From: Spirogloea muscicola
Lineage: Eukaryota
NCBI GenBank assembly: GCA_009602725.1
Contig: WELB01000026.1
Coordinates: 221,990-285,989 of the forward strand
DNA length: 64,000 nucleotides
Direction of reading: 5' to 3'
The notes below the pieces were generated by a model. That model did not search any database, had not been told where the DNA came from, and was given only the letters and a program-made list of their open reading frames with translations. The position numbers and the translations under genes were made by a program. Below are positions 28,432 to 44,446 of this stretch, in pieces; within the stretch, counting starts at the first letter, position 1; the number at the start of each line of letters is the position of its first letter.

Positions 28432-28675
<244 letters not shown>

Positions 28676-28850
28676 CCGGGGGGCCGGAACAAGCGCGCCC
28701 AGCTTAAGCCACTTAGAGATCGCGAGCTCCAGATCTCCAGCGCCACAGAGCTCGCCACAGCCAGCGCCGTCGCCCACCGGAGCGCCCACATGCCCGGGCC
28801 TGCGCTGCGTCTGGCGTCCTGCCCCCCCTGCGCCACCGCAGCCGCTAAAG

Positions 28851-31800
28851 ATGGCCGCTGCCGAGCGCCCCGGCGACGCCGCCGCCGCCGGCAGTTCCTG
28901 CAACGTCGCTCCCGATCACCGCCGAGTGATAGCCCACTTCGTGCGTCCAGCGCCGCTGCAAGCCCTCGCCACGACCGCTCGCCCGCGCTGCTGGGCGGCC
29001 TGCCCCTGTGACCGCCTGATGGTGCAGCCATGGCTGCGGCGCTGCGACGGCAGGACCTGGACTGCTTCTACGCACAGGTGGAGGAGCAGCGGCGGCCCGA
29101 GCTTGCCAGCCGGCCCCTTGGCGTGACACAGGTGGGCTTGGCTCTGGCTCTGGCCTTGTTGGCTCGCAGAGGAGCCTGTCTGCCGTGCCAGTCTCAGAGG
29201 CTGGCAGCCATGGTTGCCCACATGTGTCGCAGGAGCATTGAACCCTGATAGCTCGAGAAGTCGGTGTCATGATTTTACACTACACGTAAGAGCTTACATG
29301 CACACCCGAGAGCGAAGTGATTGCCGTTGAATCAAACACTGACATAATAAAGTTCCGTATCTTCATCCTGCCACCACTCGATGTGGCGCTGCAGAAGTAT
29401 CTGGTGGTGACGAGCAACTACGCAGCGCGGCGGCTGGGCGTGCCCAAGATGGTCCCCATCAGTGACGCCAAGAGGAAGTACGTATGCGGGGGCTGCCTTT
29501 CGCCACAAAGTCGGAGCCTCCTCCCGTCGGTCATTTACTGCTTGACGCTGGCAGAGGCTGGAGCTAGACAATGGCTGCGCTCGGACCCCTGCACTGGCAA
29601 TGGCTGTTTGGCAGCTCCTGTGCTTTTGCTTTGGCAATGCCAAAAAATGTCTGCAGCAAGCCCTTTTCCTACCTCTGCTTCATATGCAGAGTGGAATCTG
29701 GGGCTGGCGCGCAGGTGCCCGGACCTGGTGCTGATCAACGGCGAGGACTTGACGCCGTACCGCGCGGCTAGCCGGCGCATCATGGACGTTCTCCGCCGGT
29801 GGGGTACAGTGGAGAGGTGTGAGATGCCGCCCACCTGAACGCCCGTCTCGCAATCCGGCTCCCCCAAAAAAGAGAAACGCTTGCATCGAGTGCCAAATGA
29901 CTGCGCAGCCCAATATACGATCGCCACTTCAGAAGCTTGAAAGCGGGATCCTTGCTGAGCCTGTGCAGGCTTGGCCTGGATGAGGCCGTAGTGGACCTCA
30001 CGGCGGAAGTAGCTGCAAGGGTGCGCGCCTGCAGCGTGCCGGCAGAGTACTGCGGCCATGTCGTCTCTACGGGCCCGGCGGTTGCCGCCGACCTGGCGCC
30101 TGGCTGCGGCAGCAGCGCCAGGTACTGTCCAGAGCCCGGCAGCAGAGAGGAGGTGGTAGAGCTGCCGGACGGCACTCCGGAAGCTCCTACGCAGGACTGG
30201 ACAGCGCGCCGAGTGGTGTACAACGCATTCGAGAGCAGCGGCCAGGAGGTCCCAGCCGGCAGCAGAGGCAGGAGCCCGCAGCAGGGCCCGAGTGTGCCCA
30301 GGGCCCAGAAGCAGAGTGCGGAGGTCGACGCCACCGTGCGGTTGCCAGGTGAGGTCGAGCTGATGTTGGGCAGCCAGGTGGCGCTGGAGGTGCGGTGCGC
30401 CGTGGAGACCGAGACTGGGTACCGCTGCTCCTGTGGCATTGCCCACAATGTGCGGTGCTGGAAACCCCACCTCCATTCACACAACCCTAAACCCTAAACC
30501 TGATACTCTAAACCCGTATACCTTGCACCCTAAACCCCTAAACCTAAACTCTAAACCCCATCCTAAAGTCCTGGCGCAGCCATTTCTGTTGTAGCCCTTC
30601 CATGCATTGGATGACTGATCCAGCTCGGAGCTGCCATTGCAGAAGATGCTGGCAAAGATGGCGTGCGGGCTGCACAAGCCGAACGCGCAGACATCACTGC
30701 CAGCAACCGCGGTCGCCTCCTTCATTGCGCCGCTCCCGGCCCGCAAGGTCAGCCACAACAGCCTGTCCTCTCACAATGACACATCTAGCAATCGGCTCGC
30801 TTGGACACCTCATTTGCCCATTCTTCAATGAAAACATGCTTACTAGTGGCATGGTATAGTGACGCTGGTCACTCTTGTGGAAGAATCAATAATGTCTTCA
30901 CCCATCTCGTGATCAGTTAATAGATGCAGCCATGTGCTCCAGCAGGAAAGGTAGGTGTCATACCGACACAGCCTACGGCCATGCTCATAAGTTGTTGAGA
31001 TTTGATTCGCCTTGCACTGAAATCGAAGCCATTATGCAGGTGCCAGGTGTGGGTCATCACTTCTCCAGAGCATTGCAAGAAATTGGCGTGCAGACCATCT
31101 CGGACCTGCAGCAGCTGTCGCTCGACCACCTCATCTCGATGTAAGTGCTGCCTCTTTCATGGCCTCCTCTCGACCCTTATGTCGTAGACTTTCATTCATG
31201 TCTTTCTCCAAGGTCTTCTTTGTAGCCTCCACTTTGCCCTTGTGTCTTACAATGATGTCTTCCTCCAAGTCTTGCAATCTGGGGTTAAATCAATGTTTCC
31301 TCACAAGTTTGCAATGGCATTGATGTAGAGGATGCCTCTCCCTCCTCTGGGACATTAACCCCTGCTTTTTAATATGCACTCTGCCTCTGCCATTGTTTTC
31401 AACTGTGATAGCTCAATATATTGCGTGGCATTGGCTAGGTGCACTGATCACCTTTGCATTCTCATTCACAAGTGACAAGTGTCGTGACACTCAAGTCGGG
31501 CGCTCTTGTTGATCAGCTTTGGGCCGCAGGTGGGTGCCTTCATGCATGGAGCAAGCAGAGGGCTGGATGGCACGCCCGTGCGGGACAGGGGCCCGCCCAA
31601 GTCCATCTCCGTTGAGGACTCATTCCGCGGTTGCACGTCCCTTGCAATCGCACAGGTGTGGTCCCAGCTTCATCCGATAGTGGACTGAGCAGCTTACATG
31701 AGGAAACCACCAGCTCACTAGGTGGAAACTCTCACTTCTCATGCTTACAATTCTTGTATTGAAATGGGTGCAGACTATCCTGGCCATGCTCGCCCCTGAC

Positions 31801-33315
31801 TTCATTGCACGCCTGGACGAGGACAGGGAGGAGACGGGGAGGACGCCAAAAGCGCTGACCGTCAAGTGGAGGGCGAAGGGTGCAGGCTGGTATGCCCCAC
31901 CATCCCCCAAATGCTAGCATTGTGCCACAAGGTCCTAGCTAACGTCTTTCAAATTTCTCACAATTACTGGTGGCCAGCTTAGGCTCATGCTATTCTTTTG
32001 GCTAATGGATATACTGTCAGACAGCAAGGAACGGGGCTTGTACTAAGTGTAGGTGAATTCACTATCCAGGCTCCCAATTGCAAATTCCTTCCAAGCATTT
32101 CATTCAACAATGAGACAGCTCCTTTGCATGCAGCTTTAGAAATGTGAATACTTCATCCACGTCATCCTCACTTTGATCGTCTGCAACAGGCGATTTTCGT
32201 CAATATCATGCCCAATGCCGGCGGATGTCACGTCAAGGGCAATGCCAAGTGAGGGCCGGGCAGAAGCTGCTACAAGTTGCGCAGTGCGCCTACTGGCGAG
32301 GGCGTTCGACAGCGGCGCTGAACTCAACCTCTTGGTTCTCAACCTTGGCGCAACAAATTTCGTTCCTGCTGACGGGAGTGAAGCAAGCCGGGATAACTGC
32401 AGCATTCAGGGCTACTTTGACAAAGATGCGGTGGTGCAGGGTACGGCAGTGATTCCTGCCAGCCTGCAGAGTCAGCTGGCAGAGCTGCAGCGGACATCGC
32501 CGAGCTGCGGCCGGCACCGCGGCAAGCGTGAGGCACGGGCAGAGCGGGAGGAGCGTTTTGGAACCATCATTCCAGGGAAAGGTTCACCTGTTGGTGCCAA
32601 AGGCAGCACAGAAGGTCGAGCTTCGCCGGCCAGGATAGCGTGGCATGACGAGACTCTCGCAGCCGAAAGCCAAGGTGTGAGCCGCTGCTCGAGACTCTTA
32701 CAAGCAGACTTTGACCTTCTCGAAGTCTGCTGGACCAGTGTCGCTAGCTTGCTCTGCAGACGAAGGCGTGCAAGAGAATGGCTGTAACCTGCTCAGCTCA
32801 CTGCTGTTATGATTGCATACCTTTCTTGCTGCTGAAATCTGCAAGCTTTTGCAGACGACGAGGCCGACAGCATCTGGCAGGACTTGCGGGAGGCGAGCTA
32901 CATGCGCCAGCTCCGCAGGCTGCAGCCAGCCGGCGGCCTTTCCGCTGGCACTGCAGATAGGCACTCAAAGCCGGACAACAGCTCTGGCATCGGGAACCAC
33001 GTAGAAAGCAGCTCGCCGGCCCCCGACGACAAAATGGACGAAGCTTGGGTGTGCACCGACTGCGGCGAGCAGGTTGGGGCTGGCCTGCAGGTAGCACAGG
33101 AGCACCAGGACTTCCATCTGGCTGCAAGGCTGCAGGCAAACGAGCAGGGCGGCCTCGACCGGAAGCCATGGCCACTCAAGTCTTCTCTAGACGGGTTGTT
33201 TGAAACGGTAGCTACTCGCCGGGCCTCAACCGCAGCACCAGCTGGAGACCTTGTGAAGCGGCCAAGGACAGCAACGCTAGATCAGTTCTTCTCCTCAAGA
33301 CACTCGCTCTCCTGA
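28851..33315 (+). CDS. POLI: Y-family DNA polymerase, Pol iota-type catalytic core with C-terminal UBZ and PIP-like motifs, multi-exon
   Basis: RVIAHF|DLDCFYAQVE, LGVTQ|KYLVVTSNYAAR, CPDLVLINGEDLTPYR, VER|LGLDEAVVDLT, LGSQVALEVR, CSCGIAHN|KMLAK...HKPNAQT, PKSISVEDSF; CTDC...EHQDFHLA; TLDQFF. Confidence 0.88.
30483..30566. repeat. Degenerate telomere-like (CCCTAAA)n cluster in a Pol iota intron
   Basis: AACCCTAAACCCTAAACC...ACCCTAAACCCCTAAACCTAAAC. Confidence 0.75.
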
Positions 33316-33952
33316 GCACATCTGGTGCAATCCTAGCTGCCACGCTACGGAGTTGCTGAGCAACAATACATCATGGTACTTGAAATCACTATGTTATGTC
33401 AAGCGCTTACTTTTGATGGCTAGGTTGTCATAAGGTGCACGACTAATGGTCTGTATCTGGTATAGTAGAATGTTGTGCTGCATGCGGGGAAATAAGAATG
33501 CTACAGGGCTTGTTATGCCATGCATACAAGTATAACGCATTTCTAACCGTCTAACAGTAGCACTCTTGACCTTCAAGCAAGCTTGGAGTTTGCGCTGTTT
33601 CGTTTCCACAAAGTGGACAGAGGCAGCTGCACAGCCAGTATCACCTGTATCCACGTACGGCGTCAACATGCAAGCCGCTTTTCGCATCTAGGGCTGGCCT
33701 AGGACATTCTCAGAAACACAAAACGAGATTTCCTTTGTCACGGAATCAGCATCAAATGTGTGCGCGCCATAGCAACGCTCAGCGGGGCACCTTAAATGTT
33801 TAATGAGTGGCTCGCGCCTAAGGCAATTAGGCAAATGCGAAGTACATCTGCCTCCAAGCAAGCAAGCCTACACCAAGCGGACTCTGCTTGGATCGGAGGA
33901 ACGGGGACTCTGCCGGGTCAGCGAAAAGAAATTTATGCTAAAACAGAAGGTC

Positions 33953-37806
<3,854 letters not shown>

Positions 37807-38221
37807 GACTACGGCTGGCTGAGGCTGGCGCGGGGGATGCTAGGGGGCCAGTCTGGATCGGGGAGATAAGGAGGCCTTCGGATCTGGAATTTGGGCAGAT
37901 TCTTTCGGGCGGGCGCTACCGACGGTCGACCGGGGGAGCCTCCGTCTGAGCTTAGTGGGGGAGTGGGTGGTCGGAACGACGGGAGGCGCGGGCGACCGGG
38001 GGAGCTTGCTGCCCAGGGGGCCCCGAACGGTGCTCCCAACGGTGGCCTCGGCCTTTTGATGGGGTAGTAGGACGTTCTGACGGCACTCCCCGTCAAAGCC
38101 GGCGGGGTGCCTGGGCTAGGGCCAGAGGTAAATCAAACCTGTGCGCCAATGCCGCGGGCGCCGTATTGGTCCGCCGGCCAGCCGCCGCCGGACGCGGACG
38201 GCCAACCGATGCGCAAAGTCA

Positions 38222-38293
38222 CTCCGTCTCTGCTGTGTACCGGAATCCAACTTCGCGGCCTCGACGGCATTCCGGTTCACAGCAGAGACGGAG
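38222..38293. other. Near-perfect inverted repeat: 25-bp arms (1 mismatch), 22-nt loop
   Basis: CTCCGTCTCTGCTGTGTACCGGAAT ... ATTCCGGTTCACAGCAGAGACGGAG. Confidence 0.9.
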
Positions 38294-38402
38294 AAACCGA
38301 GTCCTGCGGTTCGCAGTGAGTAGGGTTGAGTGTTCAAAACCCTGAACCTGTCTCCCGCCGCCACTCCGCCGCCGCCGCCGCCGCCGCTGCCGCCATCGCC
38401 AC

Positions 38403-38433
<31 letters not shown>

Positions 38434-38439
38434 GCCGCC

Positions 38440-41400
38440 ATGAAATGTGAGCTCCTCTCGCGCCTGCAAGGCTCGTTGGCCGGTAGCTCATGGCCGTCCA
38501 GCGCGTGCCGACGCTGTCGTGCAGTTCCATTGGCGCAGCCGCTGTTGCGGCTGCCGCCGCCACCACAGCCGCCGCGGCGGGCCGTCTTTGGCTCACGGCG
38601 TCTCAGCGCCGTATCGCACGCACTCCCGTGCGCGCCGGACTCTCTGACGCGGGGCCCGGGCTGCAGACGAGGCTCGCAAGCGTGCGGCAGCGGCAGCGGC
38701 GGGCGGCGCCGGGCTGCCGCAGAAGAAGTTCTACCGCGCGCGCGCTCACAGCAACCCCCTCAGCGACTCCCACTTCCCCGTGTGAGGCCCCCTTCCCTAG
38801 ATCTGCCGCCGTTGCCCCCATAGCAGAGAGCGCAGCAGCTCTCACTGCAGTGGATGCGCTCTGTCGCCAACACCCTGGCGCCTGCTGCTGAAGCCGGGGC
38901 GCTACTCCCGTGCCTCCCCCCTGAAACCTGCAGTCGCTTGACCAGCACCAATCTTGACAGCCTTTCCGTAGCCTTCCCTAGCCTTTGCAAACCATGTGAG
39001 CCTTTCCAGGCCTTTCCAAATTTTTCCTAGCCTCTCCAAGCCATGTCATTGCCTTCACTGGCCATGCCTGTCTGTCTGCGCCTTGCATAGCAAATCAAAG
39101 AGCCTTTAATAATATTTTAGGAGCTGTGCTGGGAATGAAGACGGGCACGACACAACAGGCGAGGGCTGCGCCAGGCATCAGGGGCGCTCTGCGAGGGCCG
39201 CCAAGTTGCCAATGTCGGCCCAAGTCGCTTGCTGCGCAGAGTCGTCAGCGCCTGCAAGGTCTAGCCAGCGCCCAGTTTGCTCCGTCTGGGGGCCAGCTTG
39301 GACGTCAACGACTGGTAGAACGTTTGACAAGGCGTTGGGCAAAGGGCAGGCATTCATCTCAGGGCAATGCAGCTTTCTGAAGAGGGCAACTGAATTTAAA
39401 CCCTAATCTGAACCCTCAAATCCTGAACCCTAAACCCTGACTCCTAAACCCTGATTGCTAGGGCTTTAGAGAGGGCTAGCTCGTGACCAAGGGTCTATAG
39501 TCAAGTCAAGATTCAAGACATCCTTGCAGCACGCCAGCCTTTGGATGGTGAGCCAGCTTGGTGCTCGTCTCCGCTCTCATGCGCGTCTTCTGGCTGCATG
39601 TGTCAGCTCAGGCCTCTGTGCCCAGCCGACTTTGACTGGTCCAAGCACTACCCAGCCTCCTTCGATGAGGCACACGACGCCACTGGGCTACCAAGCGCGG
39701 CGGCAGCAGATGCAAAGCGCCCGGATGGCGAACGAGGAGGAACATCAGCTGCAGCTGCTCAGAACGGCAGATGGGGAGGTGGAGATGCCTCGCCAGACGA
39801 GTCAGCAGAGGTAGCACTGCCAAGGCAAGACGAGGAGGCCGCAGCAGAGGCCTCCTGCTCAGGAAGCGTGGCAGGTAAGGCATGGCGTCTTGCTGTGCAC
39901 ATTGCTTATAGGAGAGTGCGGCTGCTTTCAGGGCAGGGCTCCATGCCCCGGGCTCTGAGATTCAAGACCAACAAAGGATCGGCTCGCATGCTCCGGCCTA
40001 CTTAAGCTCCACATGGAGGAGGAAGTAAGGTCTTCTATTTACTAGTGAGAATTCCACTGGCAAGAGAGCATGCAGACTGACTATTTATTGTATGGCCGCC
40101 TGGTGCGGAGCAGCACATGGCGCGGTACCCCGTGTGCAGTTTGCGGACATTGGGTGTGGATTTGGAGGGCTGCTCGGTGCGCCTTTGCTGCATCTTGCTA
40201 CTCTAGACAGTGCACACTCGGTGTTCTCTTGCTCCCAAGACTGTTCTGTTCAGCTCCCAAGCCAGAATTGCAAACACCAAGGGACTCACTCCTGCATTCT
40301 GCACTTGGCCACTGATAGACAAGTTTCACTTTTGTTGTGTCGTGCAACTGCTGAGATTTTTGCTTCATAGTCCTCCCCAAATTTCTTTTGTTCCCAGTTA
40401 CGCTGGCTCCACTGTACCCCAACATACTAATGGTGGGCCTCGAGCTGCGAGACAAGGTGGGCATGTGTGGCTACATGGTGGTTGATTACTAATCTGCCAT
40501 TGTCTGAGGGAAGTCATTAGCAATCGCTGAGTGTTCTCACAGTGAGGCATTGAATTTGGGATGCATTGTAGCAGGACTATTGAAACAATCGTTCCCTGCT
40601 GTGAAAGACTTACAGGTCAGCGAGTACGTGCGGGAACGGATAGACGCACTTCGTCTTAAGCACCCAGGAAAGGTACCAATGTAAATTACAAGCTGTGCAC
40701 AAGCTGCAGACTATCTTGTGCAGATAAGACTAGTGAAAGCATGACTTACAGTTGTTGCTACAAGGAGTCTAGACACCTAGGGATGCAGCCATCCACTAGG
40801 ATGCCCGCATCCGTGAAGCAGTTGTATTATTGCAGAGACAGAAGTTCACAGGTTGTGGGTTTGTCCCAATGCCTGGCAGTATACCAACATCACTGCTATC
40901 AGAACCAACGCCATGAAGTACCTGCCCAACTACTTTGAGAAGGGCCAAGTGAGTAGGAATTGCCTTAAGGATGCCAAGCTATGGCCTGTGAGCCTTCCTC
41001 GTCTCCGCTGAGGTTGTCTATATGCAAGCACATCTATCGGGTGTCTACTTCTATGTGGTACTGTACCTGCTCTGAAGACATACTGTCTCCCTTGCGGTTG
41101 TGTCCTTGCTGCAGCTCACGAAGATGTTCTTCCTCTTTCCAGACCCGCACTTCAAGGAGAAAAATCACCGGCGCAGAATAATCAGGTGAAAGCCAATTCA
41201 GATCTCTACTTGCAGCAACCTAGATGCTTCTGTTAAGACGTGACTGGTTCATGTCGTAAATCGACAAGCACAGCTCCTGGAAGATGGAATTGGAAGAGCC
41301 TCTCTCATCATTTGTAACTCACACTGTGTTTTGACGTCACAGCCAAGCGCTTCTGGCTGAGTATGCCTATGTGCTGGCACCGGGTGGTAAGACCTGCAAG

Positions 41401-41988
41401 TCAATGAGACCCCTTGTCACATGCATTGGCATTGTTTGTACTTGCATCACACAAATTCTTTGATGTGTTTGTTGCTCTCCGCAGACATTCTACTCATGCT
41501 GACATTGTGGCAACATTGCCACAATTTGCAGGTGTCATCTACACAATAACAGATGTCGAAGAGCTGGGAGAGTGGATGGCATCCAATATCAGCACACATC
41601 CTTTGTTTGAAAGAATGTCTGCTTCTGAATTGGTGTGTTGCTCATTGTGAATTCAGCCTGGATATGGATTGACACGTATGTGCTTGCAAAACGAACCCAA
41701 CATACAAGGTTGCTTTCTGCAGGCCGATGCTTGCAAAACGTACCCAACATACTCTGGTTGCTTTCTGCAGGCCGATGACATCATTCCTCCCCTCCTCATA
41801 TACTCAACTGAAGAAGGGCAGAAGGTATTCATTAACTGCCTCAATTCGTGATGCATTATTTACAGTCATGTAGCTTGTGATAAGAACTGCAAAATGTCGT
41901 TAATAAATATCAGTACACTCTTGTTGATCATCAAAAGGTGGAGAGAAATGGCGGGAGAACATATTCTGCGCACTTTCGACGAAGGTAG
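38440..41988 (+). CDS. TRM8: tRNA (guanine-N7)-methyltransferase catalytic subunit (Trm8/METTL1), multi-exon
   Basis: LPQKKFYRARAHSNPLSD, FADIGCGFGGLL, GLELRDK, RTNAMKYLPNYFEKGQL, FFLFPDPHFK, YTITDVEELGEWM, STEEGQKVERNGG. Confidence 0.93.
39397..39452. repeat. Degenerate telomere-like cluster in a TRM8 intron
   Basis: TAAACCCTAA...GAACCCTAAACCCTGACTCCTAAACCCTGA. Confidence 0.65.
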
Positions 41989-42878
41989 GATGGAGTTGTT
42001 CTACTTTTTGCTTTCTTCAATCACACGTTTGATTGATTTTTATTTGATCTTATTTGATCTTGTTCATTTGTCTTACCTACCATCTGTTGCAATGCTTTTA
42101 CCACAAAGCAATTTTCTATAGATTGGGTAGAGTAAATGGAAAATTTTCTAGTAAGTAATGGATAATGTTTCACGATAATCATTTTTACATGAAATGAATG
42201 AAAACTGTTGCTTCTTCTTTCAATTTCTGAGATAAGATTGATAACATCATTATCTATTCAAATGGTAATAGGATGTAGCCGTTTTTAACGGGCTAGCTAC
42301 ATCAATGGTATGTTTTTACAATGTTGTGTATCCGTATCTAACATTGTGATGATGTTTTACGTAAATTTAATGAGTGAAGTGAAATTTGAAATTATGGAAG
42401 TGAATGAAAGTGTTGTTGTTGTAAATGCTAGATGCTAGATGTAAATGTATGCTACTCAAAAGGTTGAATGAGGATTTACAGTTGCTACACTCAAATTCAG
42501 TACACAACTCATATAGTGTCTTTTCCCCTTGCAATATCACTTCACTTTTTGTCAATATTTGGAGGAATTTGGCAAAAGCCTATATGTACATGCATACACA
42601 CTTTCTTGGTATCTTGGTAGTAGTTTGTCATGTGCAGATTGATTGAAAAATTGAATGAAAGAATGTTTCTTAAGAATCAGATGTTGTTGGCATAATTTGG
42701 ATGGAGCTACTCAGATTTCCCAATGGGAGTGAATGGCTGTCACTATCACGTATCCCGTCCGTCATTTTCCCCTTCAGTGCCCTGTAGAAGATTGATCATG
42801 TTCGTTCCAGAATGGAAACATACTCTAGCAAACACCCAGAAAGTGGTTCGCTGTCCAGCGAACTGTCTTGCCAATTAC

Positions 42879-43587
42879 TCAGCAAATGATAGTTGGGTCG
42901 CAGCAGCAATCATCCACAAGGCAGCAGCAACAGAGGGCTGCCAAGCTGCACAACACATAACATGTTACAAAAGGTCAGCCATGGCAACAAGGGATGTGCT
43001 AAAAGTCACAACTGTCTTATACCTCAGCAAGACATGAAACTGTAAATCGACACTACTTATACCAGTGCAAACAAATAGTGACTGTGACTTGACGCAAGGC
43101 AAATGAACTGCCCTCAAGGCAAAAGCAACTGCTGTATCAGTGCCACATAGAGCATTTGCTCGATGAGAATTTAAAATGTTGCGACTGACCAGCCTGACAG
43201 GAAGCCGCCATTCCTCTTGGGCCGTGCACCGTATGCAGGTTGCGCACCATATGGTCCCTGCGGGTAATATTGGGGGCCCTGCTGCGGATAGCCTGCAGGC
43301 CCGACAGGAGGTTCAAAGAGCATGTCAGGGCTCCTGGCAATAATCACAACGTATGTCTCTGTCATCAGGCCACATGAAGAGCTTGACAGAGGCAAGGTCT
43401 CCATGATGGATATGCCAGACGGGCTTGTAGCGGCACATGTTAGAGCGCAATAACGCTGCAGCGTCAAAGCTCAAGCGCCATGGCATGTGCAGGGCCAGGT
43501 GGGTCTTGGCTTGTAACCTGCGGGCGGGTACTTGGGGGGGTAGCCCTGGCCGTAGCCCTGCGCCGGGTACCCATACGAAGCGTTCAT
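42879..43587 (-). CDS. CYSTM (cysteine-rich transmembrane module) protein, 3 coding exons
   Basis: MNASYGYPAQGYGQGYPPKYPPA|GYPQQGPQYYPQGPYG...NGGFLSG|CLAALCCCCLVDDCCCDPTIIC*. Confidence 0.88.
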
Positions 43588-44048
43588 GGCTGCTGGAGTG
43601 CGCGCTCGCAGCAAAGGTGCAGCTTCACGCGAGCCTCTGTCAAGCCTCTGTCACTCCTCCTGAGCAGCAACGCTCGGCGGCTGCTAACAAGGGCACTCCC
43701 GGCGAAGCGTCAAGCCTCAAGGAGGGTCGCTGAGGCGGCGGCTTGCTGTAGCGCAAGAGCTACGGCAGCACAAGGGCCTGCTTGGCACTACAGCAGGAGG
43801 CAAGGCAAGGGTATGGCGTTTCTGAAGGCGGAGGCCAAATGCTGCTCATATACCACTAGAGGTAGCTAAGCATCCACATGCGGAGTTTGGACAAGCTTGG
43901 TTGACCACCGGCACGCGCATTTTCTCGCCGATATGATTCAGGGCCCCTCCGGTAAAGGCATTGGTTTGGCGCGGGGGGCCCCGAAAAGCGCGTCGAGGGG
44001 GGTGTGTGCTTCTCTGAAGGCGTCCCCCCAACCCCCCCCCCCCGCACC

Positions 44049-44122
44049 GCCACGTGGCACTGCCACGCGTCGGGCGTATACGGGGAACGTTCCACCGCGG
44101 GCTGCGGACAAACGCCACGTGG
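44049..44122. promoter_or_regulatory. G-box/ABRE plus CE3-like cluster between the CYSTM and hydrolase starts
   Basis: GCCACGTGGC (44049), GCCACGCGT (44062) and GCCACGTGG (44114). Confidence 0.5.
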
Positions 44123-44446
44123 TGAAGCAGGTGGCAGCGCCACAGGCACCGGGGGGCTCGCACCGGGAGCCGCGTGATTGATTACGTTGGTCAATGTGGA
44201 CCCTTATTCTCCGACGCGCCCGCCGCTCCGGCACCGTCAGTTTGCCAACCCTTGATGATTTCCGTGTGGAAATGCCCGTCAGTGCGCCGGAGTCAAAAAT
44301 CTGTGAAGTATCTGCGCAGCTGCGCTGGTCTGCCGCCTGCAGCAGCGGCGGCGGCTGCGGCGGCGGCTGCGGCGGCGGCGGCGGNCGGCTCGGCGGCGCG
44401 GCGGCGGCGCGACCGCGGGCATAGGGGCGACGAGGCCGCGGAGCGG

